A model generated the notes under the pieces. That model saw nothing but the letters and a program-made list of their open reading frames with translations. It ran no database searches and was not told the origin of the DNA. From NCBI GenBank assembly GCA_051294375.1, contig CM119269.1, positions 10,708,883 through 10,772,882 of the forward strand: a stretch of 64,000 nt of DNA, written 5' to 3'. Positions 1 to 13,323 of the stretch are shown here, in pieces. Positions within the stretch are counted from its first letter, which is position 1. Each line of letters starts with the position of its first letter. This DNA is from Paraspadella gotoi. Lineage: Eukaryota; Animalia; Chaetognatha. Position numbers and translations under genes: made by a program.

Positions 1-3000
1 CGTCCCAGCTGTTTTGGAGGCTTTATCCGTATTAATGGTCGTCTCTTTGTCGGCTGTGCGGGGGTGAGGGTGCCATAATGCTAGGTGGACCCGGTAGGAT
101 TACGTATAGGAGACAAATCGTAGATCCTTTCTCATATGCGATTAATCGGGCGAACTATCATGGCTACTATAACTCACGATGTTGCAGCAACGTTCCAGTC
201 AGGTCGGTAACCTTGCGTAGGGCAAGGGCTTGGAGTGAAGATTGGAAGAAAAGATGTCCGGATAAGGAATTTCAGTCGAGAAGGTCAGAGCAGGAAGTAG
301 GTTTGATTTGATGCGGATAATTTGGATACAGAAGGTATTGTCTTTGATAGTGGGAGTTGATACGTAATGGGGGTGGAAACTGAGGGGGTAGCGTGGGTGA
401 GATAACCAAAGCGTGAAAATTTGAGAGGGAAGAGAGGCTGGCGCAAGGAGTAGGGAGGTGTGAGAAAAGGGGAAGGGAGATGAAAAATGAAAGATAATGA
501 GGTCAAAAAAAAATAACAAAAAGCGAACAAGGCCAAAAAAAATTAAATTGATTGAAGAATGGCAAAAAAAGGAGATAAAGGCCGGAAAGTCGAGAAAGAA
601 GAAAAAAGTTAAAATGAAAAAAACGCAGAAAATAAAATTAAAAAGAAAAATAAAAGGGAAAAATAAGAATGAAAGAGAATCGACATTGTCGATTCCAGAG
701 CGAATTTCGCGGGGTATTATTGGCGGATATATCTCTGTCGACACGGTTTCGCAGAATATATCTCAGATCTGGACAGCGTTCGATAAAAAAATATAATTCT
801 AGACGGCGCTATAAATTATAATCTGAATTTTTATTTATTTTTTTGGAGTGCCTCCTGATTGTGTGCGGAGCGTATTGCGAGAATTTTACAAAATTCATCA
901 AATCAAATTGAAGTCAAACGGGTAAGACCCCGTTAAGTAGTCGACATCCGTCATTTCTTGTCTGTCTCCTTACTCGTCGAGTTGCAGATAAAAGTTGATG
1001 AATAAAAAAAATTAGGTGGTGACGAGGGTGAAGAAAGAAAAAAAATTGACAGATTTTCCAAATACAGCTGCTCGTCAATCCACTCTCTTTGCTCTCTCTC
1101 CTCTCTCTCTCTGCTCTCTTCTATTTCTCGTTTTTGTTGTGATGACAACGGTGTGTCTCCCTCTCTAACGTAGTTTCCCATCTTCACCCTGCTGCGTTTC
1201 TTCGACTTGATGCGCAATTGATATTAAATTGACGCAAACGATTTAAATATTTCACCTTGGATATAGCAGATTATCATTTAACTTGATTAGATTAAACTCT
1301 CAAGAGGTATTTGTTGCCCCATTTTTTTTACTTTTTTAATTTTTATTTTTATTTTTTATTTTTTTCTAACCTTAAGTTCGCGGTTATTAATTTTTTATTT
1401 GAAAACAAAAAAAAATCTGGAAATAGAGAAAATTAAGAATTAATATGCGAGGGGTTTGTATATATGACTATATATGAGAAACATTAAAGATTTTTATTTT
1501 GCGAATTTCTCTTTAAAAATTAATATTACTTAGGGTGCGTTTGTGCGACAGAAGTACGCTTTGGATGATTGGCGGATAGAGACGTCGAAGTTAATAGCTC
1601 TCGAAATTGAACAGATATCGATCGTTTAGAATTAATGAAAGAATTGATTAGCGCCTTGAAGACGCATGCAGTACAAATAATAGAAATACAGAATTGGCTG
1701 CTAAAAAGTCACTTTTATTCTTGGAAATAGAATATATATACAGAGAGTGAATTCATAAAAAATTAAATTTTATGAGTTTATTTCGTACAAAGTATAATGA
1801 AAAAATTGTTATAAGATTTTGTGTGTGTTTTTAACAGAAGGGCAATTGAGCGTCCACGTAATTCAAGATCGAGGTTCTCGGTCGAACATAATCGCCGCGA
1901 CGGACGATATCTGTCTTTCTCCGATTCCTTTCGTTTTTTTCGAAAGAAAGATAAGTTTTCGCACCTTTCATTCGTTTTCTTTCGTCTCTCTGTGCTTTTT
2001 CGTTGTTCTGCCTCTTTTTCTAACCTATTTTATAATATTATTCAAGATCACCTGGACATGCCGCTTGCGCTCTCTTTTTCACTAAGTTTTCCTTCTTTTA
2101 ACATTGGAATTCGCTTATACCCTAATCGGTTTTTTCTCAGTTTCTAGTTTTTTCTTTAAAAAAATGAATGCACAGAATAGACTATAGTATATATTCCGCG
2201 TTAACAGTGGCGTATAAAACCGTCTTACGCACGTAAACAGTCAAAATGCTCAGATCAAGGAGGTCTCCAATTTGTCTGGCACCATTATTTCTTGCCTGGT
2301 AAAAATTGGTAAAACATTAAAATTGTTCATGGTTAACATCTGCTGGTTGAAACAAATTATGAGGTCTTAAATAGTTTTTCTTTTGACGCCTTGTAATATC
2401 TGGTTGTGTTGAGAAGGTATTTTTGCTGAGGGTTCGTGTGTGCTGAAAGATCTATACAATTGTGGGAAAGACGACGAGAGTGAAGGAAGGAGAGAGAGAG
2501 AGAGGAGAAGAGCACGAGAGAGACGAGAGAGAGAACGGAGAGAATAGAGAGAGACGATTAGAGAGAGAGGAGCGAGACATTAAGAGACTGACTAGGTGGT
2601 ATGAGACCGTTTTTAGGGATATCATACCACATCCACGTTTTCCCCGACTTGGTTTGTGAATCTTGAAGAGGGAAAGCGTTTTGGTTTTTTCCCCCAACAT
2701 ATTATATAAATAACAAAGAAAAACCTTTTTTTCGTCCAAGAATGTAATAGCTAAATATTCCTTTACCTCACATTAACTTTCATCCGTGAGACATGAGACT
2801 CGACTGTGTGCCGGAACACGAAGCGAATCAACATGATATGGTTTCTAGGAGAGATGGTTTTAGTACGTCCTGGGGTAATTTATCATATAATAATAAAAGA
2901 CAAAATCCAGATCTAATAAGATATTGTTGTATATTAAAAAATAAATTACAAGTAAACTAGCAATTAAAGTTATTAAATAATAAAACATACTTTTGCGGAG

Positions 3001-5075
3001 CAATATTAGAAGTTAAATTCGTCTAAAACGAGGTAACATATATACAGAGAACCACAGCACAAGAGGTGCCTAGTGTGAAAACAAGGAAGGAGATGAAATT
3101 TTTGGCGTCTCATTTGTGCGAATACGTGTGTTTAGAACTAGCGAGTATATTATGGAGAGACGTGAGATTGTATTTACTATGGTATTGGGTAGGTTAGTTT
3201 GTGTTTTTCAATGTGGTAAGTGAGACTAGGTGTTTATACCAGGTTAGTGTCTTGTGTCGAGTTTTTATCGGCGACGAGAAAAGATAGAAAGGAAAAGGAT
3301 AGAGAGAAGGAAAAGAAAAGGAAAGGAACTCGAAATATAGTGATCTACAGACAGAAATATAGGGATAGATTGGTAAAAATGCATCTCGGCGTGGGAAGAG
3401 AATAGTTTTCGTGTATTATATGATTTCATAGATGTTTGATTATATAACAACCAGTATGGGGTCCTGGGCGATGGGCAAGAATGAATAAACGGTGGAGTTA
3501 AGGGGTTGTATAAAGGGGTGTCGAAAAAGAAAACAGGAGACGTAGGTGGAGCCGTTGAACCCTGTCTATATCAGGTTTATTTACAGCAACTATCTATCGA
3601 GTAAGTTGATGGCAAGTGTGGCAGTCAGGAAGGGATAGTTGGCGCATTGAGATTCAAATGTTAGAAGTTAAAACAACAACACCAACAAAAAAAAAAAAGC
3701 GGATCTGGAGGTTTATCCATGCTGTATTACTAAACCCATCGATCTCTATCTAACGTCCAGAGTTGTCCAATGAATTGCTCGATCCGAAACTCCGTAGATA
3801 TGGAAGTTTTTCGCAGTGTTCCTTTCAAAACTTCTTTTCGTTCTGACAAATGGAACAGATAAATTTTATTAATTTTTTCTCCGGAATTTAGAGAGATTAA
3901 ACAAGGTACTCCAAAATAATCTAATGATTTTAGAAGGGAAGAAAAAATGGGAAGGAATTCTACTCAAGTTGGTCAGCAGGCCAAGCGGTCGCAGGGTTCG
4001 AGCAACAACAACGGCTAATATTCCCGTGCGTTTTGATGTAAAAGTAAAAATAGATAATAAGTAAATAGAGAAAGACACTCCGAATTATAGAAATGGTTAA
4101 TCTGAAGAAACAGGTAAAGAGATGATTGTATCGTGATTTAAGTGCGTCACGAATTAATAAGGCTGGGATGAATTATATGCAACAAAAAAACGCTAACCAT
4201 GTCGAATACGTCATGCTAATCTGACAATACCGTGAAACAAAACACCAATAACTATGAATAAAAGACGCTTCGCTTAATCACTTTCGAAACACAAGGGAAA
4301 TCTTCCTCTTGTTCCTTACACTCCCAATCACATCTCTCTCCTCTAACTCTCTCTCTCCTCTCTCTCTCTCTCATCTCTCTTCATCTTGCGTCGGTCTCTC
4401 TCTCTCTTATTCTACGCAACGCTCTTATCTACCAAAAGGGGACGGCCGAGGGAACGTCGGAGTCGGTCCCTTTCTTTCGCCGTAATTTGTCTCTCGGTAG
4501 GTTTTTAATATTTCAATTTCCCGACAGGAGGATTATTATATCTCCGGGTTTGTTTACTTTTCGACGCCGACGCCCCTCATTTCCATGACGACGAAAACAA
4601 AAGACGGGTAGCGGAGATATTGTTATGGAAGCGTCGGACGAATCTCGGTCTCCGAGTCTCTCTCTCTCTCTCGCTAGCAGTACGTCTCTATACCTCCACG
4701 CAACCGACGTGACTAGCGAAGGGAAAACATCCTTCCGCGATAGGCAAAGAGACGGGAGTCAAGCGATAAGGGAGAGGAAAAGCCGAAAGGCGGAAGTCCC
4801 GATCTGTTTTCTTGAAGCCTAACGGAGTGGGTCAGGCCCAGCCGACCTGGTCACCTCCCCTCTCCTCACCCTTCCCAATCCCCTCCCTCCCTCCTCCTCT
4901 CTCCCTCTCTTCGCCTTATCTTTCCCCAACCCTAATTAAACAACATTCTGGCGCAGCCTCTCAAGTCAAGTCTCAAGAGTCTACCATCTTTAGACAGCTG
5001 CTGAGAGTGAGTAGGTCCCTCGTTGACGAAATCCTTCAAGGTTCAAGTCAAGTCAAGTCTCTCTCTCTCTTATCT

Positions 5076-5115
<40 letters not shown>

Positions 5116-5764
5116 CTGCTCTTCTGCTCTCGCTCTCTCTCTCATCTCCGGTAACTAACAAATTCCGTTATTGTTTTTTTTTATTAAATTTTCTCTTATT
5201 CTGATGCGTTAATTTATTCTAAATGATGTACGAATTTATATTTTCGTATTTTTCGTAATTTGGCATCAGGTGACCGACTCTCATATCATTGCCATATAAA
5301 TCTGTATAGTCTAAAAATGACAATGAATGAACACAGAACATAATTTTGGGGGCGGTGGGACCGAATTGGACGACAAGAGGTTTTTAAAGAGTAGAGGTGC
5401 GAACTGTCTGATATAAGACAGTAATCCGAACTGCGCAGATAAATTGCAAAAATTAATATGAGTAAGTTTGTACTCAATTCATTTAATATATACTTGAATT
5501 ATAGACTGAGATCATTTTATTCTCTTTTAACTATTTACAATCTCTAATATTATCTTCTTCTAATTTAATTCTTCTCTCTCTTTCATCGCTCTCTCTCTCT
5601 CTTCTCATTTAATCTCTTTCTAATCTAACATTTTTTTTATTTCTACTAACTATCTATTTTTAATCTCAGTCCTGGTTGCTAAGAGTGTATTATCATCTCT
5701 TCTTTATTCCCTCTTCTCTTTAATTTATAAACACAATCGACTATCTATTCTGGTCTTGCTCCTC

Positions 5765-5828
<64 letters not shown>

Positions 5829-6328
5829 GCATCCTGCATGCAAATTAACTTTAAACAAACATAAAACCAAACCAACGTCAGCCTCAAAAGCCTCCCAAAT
5901 TTCCGCCGCAAGAATCTAATTCTAATTTACATTCTTTTCTTTATTTTTTTCCCTTTTTTTTCAGGATCCAATTTCTCTTTGGTCGCTTTTTCCTTTCTTT
6001 ACTTTTATTTTTTTTAAAGTTCGAGGTTCACTTTTCACCTTCTCTCCTCATCTCGTCCCGCAAAAAAAGAATTGTAGAAAAACGAAAAAGAAAAACGTAG
6101 TTGTCGTTGATGTATTTGTCACGTGATCTTGCTGAAAATAAAAGATACTGTCATTGACATTGTCGTCAATTATTTTGAAAAGGAGAAATATAGAAAGAAC
6201 GTTAAAGAAGGGTAATTAAGAGAAGAAAAAAAAAATATAGAAAAAAAAAGAAAGAAAGAAGGAAAGAAAAAGAAGGAAAGAAGGAAAGAAAGAAGAAAAG
6301 AAACGAAAACTAGATAAGCGAGGCTGTT

Positions 6329-6353
6329 NNNNNNNNNNNNNNNNNNNNNNNNN
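6329..6353. other. Assembly gap (25 N); other gaps at 10335-10541, 10903-11084, 37193-37202, 39844-39956, 41026-41035, 43687-43876
   Basis: Runs of N, several abutting microsatellites or GC-rich tracts. Confidence 0.99.
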
Positions 6354-8075
6354 TGCGTAACTTCTCATTTCGGGCTCTCGAATTAGGAAATCGCTTGCCG
6401 AGTTTAAGTGACGTTCAAAGAAGAAAGGAGAATGCTTCATGCGCTTTTTCGAAGCTCTACAGAAAGCCTTTATGATGCGGGGCCGCTTCGGCGCCAATAA
6501 CAGCGTGTCGCCAAGTAGGAGGCGGCTACAAGCTGCTAGAAAAAAAATAAAAGAAGTTGACTCTAAAAATAAGATGATAATTATTACTTTTCAAAATATT
6601 TGGACTGAATTTTAAAATTGAAATAATCGCCTCCGAAATATAGTGGTAGCGTATTGAAATAAATTCTTGTTACAATCAGGATGTAGAATGTACGCGACTC
6701 AACCCAGTAGATTAATTCTTATGATACCAAATATTAATCCGTTGCATTGATGATTGCTTAATAAACTTAAATTTGTGAATAGCCGGCCCGGACCTTGTAA
6801 TGTGAAGCTGATAATGTGCAGTGACCAATGAGAATCTGATGCAGACCCGAGAAGATTGCAAAATAACTCTTAAAATAATTAAACATATTTTCTTGTTTTA
6901 CATATAACGCAATTCCAATAGCTTCGTATCTATTTATATAGTGTGTATGTTAATAGCTATTTTTAATTTATCTCTTTATTTTTTAGGATTAAAAAGAATT
7001 TATTACTACGTTTACACAAACAAGGCGGAATAATGGAATTAAAGCGCGAAATGAGTCATTATCTTCCAATATTGAAAATTTTTGATCCAAAAAGCTGAAC
7101 AGTATGGGTTGGCGTCGCATTCCTTCTTCGGATGCCACCTTGGTGTCTTGGGGGAGAAAATTTCGATCAGGTGCCTTAAAAAATGACTTTTGCCTAAATC
7201 TTAAACTTATAGGGACAAGAAGATGCTCGAGGAAGATAGGAGAGAGAGAACGAAACACCAAATCTGGAGGAGAGAGAGAGAGAACGAGAGATGGCGAAAG
7301 AGAAAAAAAATAGAGAGATTGGAACTATGACAACCGAGATGATTAAAATTAAGTTAGTTTACCAGAAGAGTTAAATTTTTAAACCTATTGATGTGAGGCA
7401 ATTTTTTATAAAATCCTTTAAATATTATTAAATTGCTCGAAGAAAGAAACAATTGCCTTTATTTGGAGAGACCGAGACGAGAGAGAGAGACGGTGATGAA
7501 AGATTTTTAAAAAGGGAATTATCCGGGTTAAAAAATGAATAACCTTTTTAAATTAAAAAAAGAGAGAAGAGAATATTTTGATTGGACGGTACTAATCAGA
7601 GATGTGTATTTTATTTTTTTTTTTGTTGCTTAATATCGACATAGGACTAGGAGTTCAAAAAAGATCATTTTCTCAGTTAAATAAAAAAATGTGAATCGAA
7701 GTACCATGTCGCCGATGACAATGCCGATTAATTCCGGTTAAACTAGTAGTAATCAGGATATAGATTACCCAGTCATTAAAGTCAATTTCTCTTCTGTATC
7801 TCTCAGTCAACCACACTTTTTATTTAGTTTGTAAACACCTTTCCCGAACCAACTTCTCTTCTTAAATTATCAATTATCAATTATCATTCTCACCCATTTT
7901 TTCCCCCTCGTCTTTTTTAAGCGAGTGTACGCGACCTTTTCTCCCGCGACTTTTCGCTCTTGTTTAGAATTGGCCCAAATAACACAAATAATATAAAAAT
8001 TAACCTTCCAATCGACAAATACCAGATCACATTTCAGAACATATGAAATTATTTTTTCTATTAATCAATCACATA

Positions 8076-8403
8076 TTTTTAGTCATATTTCGGTCGGTCG
8101 GTCGGTCGGTCGGTCTGTCCCACTTACATTAAAAATGCATATAATTCGCCTCTAACTGGTTGCTTATTTGTTAGGACAGGAAAAACCTCAAATCTAAGTG
8201 ACTGCTAGCGCCGCCTTAAGGATATCCTATAACTATAAGTAATAAAGGACGGAATTCCGATGCAGTTCATGTCATAAAACCACGGGCCAAGAAAGTTTTT
8301 TAGTCATGTAATGTCATGTCATGTCATATCATGTGATAAAAGGGAAATACACGTAACAATAAAGTCACTGCGACGCAACACATTGGATGAACCAATCTTG
8401 TTT
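8076..8403 (-). mobile_element. Second HINE/DINE-1-like copy, inverted, terminal palindrome missing
   Basis: Reverse complement reads AAACAAGA...ATGTGTTGCGTCGCAGTGAC...(CATGA)n...CTGCATCGGAA...GGCGGCGCTAGCAGTC...GTAAGTGGGACAGACCGACCGA, collinear with 35417-35790. Confidence 0.75.
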
Positions 8404-9309
8404 CCATATATCCCGCTCTCAATCTTAAATTTTATCTTCACTCTCTGACCTTCAGGCTCCATTCTCGTTCAACCCAACACCTTTCTCTCCTCCTCCTCTT
8501 CCTCCTCCGCCTCCTCCTCCTCCCCGACTTTCGGGCCGCCCGCGTTCGGTCTCGTCCCGACCGGAGAAAATAACGAGAATGCTGAGGGGAAAAAGTTTTT
8601 TTTTTTTTAATCCCAAAAGGAAAAAGAATTAAAACCTGGACTCGCGGTTGAAATGGAGCGGAAGAAAAAAATTTCAACGAATCTTAAACCACTTTTAATA
8701 TAATTTTAATAGTTTCTCATGGTAATCTTTATAAAAAAAATAGGGGGGAGAAATAAGTTATAAAAATATTTTACAATTCCCAAACTGATTATTCAAAATA
8801 AAATTCAGTTCGGTTTGAGGTGCTCGCGACCTTGATTCTTTACGGGAATTTAAATTTAAAAAAAAATGTTTTCTTGGCTTCTCAGGCCCAAGTACTAAAT
8901 ATTAAAAAAGAATTATTTTAAAGTCAAATAATATTAAAGAAACTGTGTTCAGAAATCAGAAATATTTTGCCACGAGATAGGAAGGACCTACCCATAAATC
9001 TACCCGTGTCCTCGAAGCATAAAAAATGGCATTTTAAGGTTTTTCTAATATTCTCGGAGAAGTAAAAAAATGAAGCGAAAATTCTGGGTCGAAGCCATGG
9101 ACCGATCCAGGGTAAGTTCTTTGCTCGAAGGTCGCGAAAATGGGGAGACGGAAAAGAGGAGATGGGGGAGAGAAAGGTAAGTGACGCAGAATTGTAGAAC
9201 CCGCAGGAACTATCCATCACTTACAGCGAGAGGGAATCAAATTGAGTCCGCTGGGTGGGATTGGTATAAAAAGTAGGGTGCAAGGGAAAGACAAAACTTT
9301 GGAAAGGAG

Positions 9310-9376
<67 letters not shown>

Positions 9377-10871
9377 GGTGAGCGGCGAGGGAATCATCAT
9401 TGCCAGGAAGTTGAGGTGATTAATCGGCGGGTTCTCGTGAAGATCATTCCAACTACGAGCGACGAAAGGCCTCGTGTTTTATTCGTCTCTTAAAAGCCGA
9501 TCGATTCCGAGTCGCCCCTTCGAATTCCTATCCATTCTCTCTATTTCTATTCGAATATTTATCTATTCCTAGTTATTTCCATTTAAATTTCTATCCATGT
9601 TTTCTTTTTCTTTTTGAATTCCTCTCAATCCTCTTTTCGCCATTCGACTTCTTTCATTCCTACTTTTATTTTGGAATTCCCATTATTTCGATTTTGTAAA
9701 TTCTATTATTTCTTCAAATTCTTTAAATTCTATCATTATTTCCCTTTTTGCTATTGCTTTCCTTTCTAACGAGCCTTTTGAAAAAAAATCATTTCTGGAT
9801 AAAAAAAAAGTTTACCACATGCTCGATTAATATATAAACTGAAAAAAAAAAATTCGCCGCAGCGGAATTAATGACTCCAATGAAAAAAAAAAAGACCTTC
9901 GAAAAGGAAAGTTAATGTTTCGTTTTGATTCATATCTTTCGACTAACGTCTCGTTTATCTCCAAATGTAACCTATAAAACTCCCCCCTTTTGTTTCGCAA
10001 AGAAATTCAAAACTTTTTTTTTTTGCAGAGATAATAACCTCATTGGCTCGAATCATTTGTCATGTATTCACTCGAGCGTGATCGCGCTTCCCCTCCCCTC
10101 TCTCGGCAGCCGACGTCGCTCACACCCAATCCACTCTCCACTCTTCTCGATCCACCATCCAGGGACAATAACGATCTCTATCTCCATCTCGCCACTCCCC
10201 CCTCTTCCCATACTCATTGCCGACCCTTATCCACCGCCGTCATTCACATCATAGACTCGTGGATGAATTCACGCGTTAAATTTCCATCTTTTTTTGTATT
10301 CGCTTCGCAGAATTCAATTTACCTCCGCCTCTCCNNNNNNNNNNNNNNNNNNNNNNNNNNNNNNNNNNNNNNNNNNNNNNNNNNNNNNNNNNNNNNNNNN
10401 NNNNNNNNNNNNNNNNNNNNNNNNNNNNNNNNNNNNNNNNNNNNNNNNNNNNNNNNNNNNNNNNNNNNNNNNNNNNNNNNNNNNNNNNNNNNNNNNNNNN
10501 NNNNNNNNNNNNNNNNNNNNNNNNNNNNNNNNNNNNNNNNNGGGGTGGAGAGGCAGATCGGGGGGAGAAATTAAAAGGAACGACGGAAAGCGAAGCTGAA
10601 TTGGGAGAAGGAGAAGCGAGTGGGCGCTATTTTAGGTTTAAAAGAAATATTAGCTGGGGAAAATAATCTATAGAGTGAGAAAAAGACAAAGCACAAAGAA
10701 TTAACCGACGAGACGGATTGAAAGAAGTTACACCAACGACAAGCTATGAGCGTTGGAAAACTATCGCAAGACAGTAGAAGCCAATTAGTAAAGTTTACTT
10801 CTTTTACGGGAAGTAATTACGACAGTGGTGAAAGAAGGATAAGTTTTCCGGTTAACACCGAGCACATTAAC

Positions 10872-10902
<31 letters not shown>

Positions 10903-11243
10903 NNNNNNNNNNNNNNNNNNNNNNNNNNNNNNNNNNNNNNNNNNNNNNNNNNNNNNNNNNNNNNNNNNNNNNNNNNNNNNNNNNNNNNNNNNNNNNNNNN
11001 NNNNNNNNNNNNNNNNNNNNNNNNNNNNNNNNNNNNNNNNNNNNNNNNNNNNNNNNNNNNNNNNNNNNNNNNNNNNNNNNNNNNCATGTGGTCAGAGGAA
11101 AGGAAAAAAAATTGTCTCGCTTCATGGTTCTAACCTTTTCCAAAATCCGAGGATTTGGAGCAAGACGATAACGACGACGATAAAGACAAAGATGAGACGA
11201 CGATAAAGACGATAACGACGACATTATAGACCAGCCCATTTCG

Positions 11244-11304
11244 TTGTCGTAATGTGTAGAATTCGGTTCTGCGACTAAGAAGGTCGTGAGTTCTATTCCG
11301 CGGC
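11244..11304 (+). pseudogene. Possible decayed tRNA-derived (SINE head) sequence
   Basis: AAGGTCGTGAGTTCTATTCC resembles a variable loop/T-arm with a degenerate B box. The upstream A box is poor and no full cloverleaf is visible. Confidence 0.25.
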
Positions 11305-12220
11305 TTTGAAAAGTCTGGCAGAGATTATTTTTTTTTTCAAGAATAACAATAACAACAACGACGCTGACATTTAGAAAATGAGAATTTCGGGAAACCGGTT
11401 AAGAGGGCGACCTACCCAATCTCTTTCTCTCTATCGACTTTCCCTTATCTCCCGTTCCAAAATATTGGCAAACTACTCGGCAACTTTACTACACAAATTG
11501 AAAAAAGCATTGCCATAGTAAAAATTGAACGGAAACGTAATTCGCAAACCATGGAAAATATTCATTTGCTCTTTTTAGATTGGAGTAAAAGTAGTTTTCT
11601 CCCGGGTCATAACACGATCAATTTTTCCTCTTTTTCGTTTTTGTTTTTATATTTTTTTTTACCTTTTGTTTTTTTGGCCTGAAGGGCTAAAGCCGATATT
11701 GCTTTTTATATTATGGCGATATTTTCTAAGTGTCAACCATTTCAGCTTCAATTGAAAATTACATATTTTTAAAAAAAAGTTTTAGGTTAGTGGTTTGGTT
11801 AGGAATTTGTTAAAAGATTTGTTTAAGTAATAAGGTTAAGGATTCCGTTATATATTTTGTAAGAGATTAGGGTTAAATCATTTGGGTTAAAATCAAATTC
11901 AGAGATTATGTACAGAAATTGGGCGCTCTCGACAAATAGTGCCGGAAAATCGTCATTTTCAGGTCTATTCGTCAATTTTCCGGCAGCGAGGGTCAATGGG
12001 GCTTAATGTATGTGTTTGTCCAGGAAAAGTTAGATATGTTGAGGTCAGTTGTGGTCATGTCAAAAAACTTTGGTAATCATAAGGTCAATTTTATCTACGA
12101 ATGTTTAAAGCCTTAGTGGTACGGACGAAAAATAGAGAGAGAATGAGGGAGAAAATGAATAAAACCAGATATGAAAAAAATACGAGGGTCATGGCAGGAA
12201 ATGTGGCTATTTCAGGAGAA

Positions 12221-12262
<42 letters not shown>

Positions 12263-12502
12263 GGCGGGCCATTTTTCCCGCATGAGCGGCGGAATTGAAG
12301 CCATCAAAAGACTCGGAGGGAAAACTTATGGAAAAAAATGTAAACAAACAAATAGCAGAATAAAAAATACTGAGCGGGAGAAAACTATAAACAAATAATA
12401 AATGAATATAAAATAGTGGGAAGATAAAAAAAAATATTCGTCATAAACCAAATAAAAATAAACAAAGGATCGATGAGAATGAAGTAAACGAAGCGGGAAG
12501 AA

Positions 12503-12506
<4 letters not shown>

Positions 12507-12584
<78 letters not shown>
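12507..12584. repeat. (GA)n microsatellite, representative of dozens of GA/TC tracts in the window
   Basis: Directly visible. Others include 9312-9374, 22072-22143, 55263-55349 and the window end. Confidence 0.95.
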
Positions 12585-12587
<3 letters not shown>

Positions 12588-13279
12588 AAAGAGAGTGAGC
12601 GAATCTGATCGAGGAACTAGATTATCACGACAGGAGCGGTTACAAGCGACAAAGCCAGACGATTATCCGTGGCTCACAACCTCAGCCCGACTGCAAAGGC
12701 TGCAACAAGCTCACTTCCGCCGCGTGCCACCAGGGTCGTCTGTCTTAAGACAACGCAGAGTGGGAAACGTGACCGGTTAGAATTGAAGAAGAGTGCCTGA
12801 TACATGTCCGCTTAATTGCTCTTTCGTCTTTTTCTTTTTTTCTCTCTCTTTCTTTCGTCTTTATTTCTTTCTCCTTTTTTTTCTTTTTCTTGCTCGTCCT
12901 TTCTCGCTCTGTCTCTCTCTTATTCTCACATTCTCTCTTCTGTCTCTGTCTCTCTCTCTCTCTCTCTCCCTCCCTCCCTCCCTCTCTCCCTCTCTCCCTC
13001 CCTCTCTCTCTCTTTCTCTTTTTCACGATCAATCTCTCAGGCCATAACACTGAAGCCGGTTACTTCCAAAGCGCTTTATCGTTTGCATTAACATAACATT
13101 TTATTCCCAGTCACGGTTGTTCAGCGGATAAAACTCCGACGATGACTATTATTCCCATTTTTTTCAGTTGTTCACAATCGCGATAGCGATATTTTCCGTC
13201 GAACAGCGAAAGTCGTAAAAGCCAATCGGAAATTCGATAAAAGTCGCGTCGGAAACGTCGACCTCTCTATCTATCTCTA

Positions 13280-13323
<44 letters not shown>

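Noticed and set aside
4960-5060. Two short (TCAAG)n clusters suggestive of a LINE/SINE tail
   Set aside because: No element body or second copy in the window to support it.
12595-12780. High-complexity island between GA tracts, possibly an exon (similar islands at 6354-6536 and 17990-18110)
   Set aside because: Frame and strand cannot be determined and no consistent splice partners were found.
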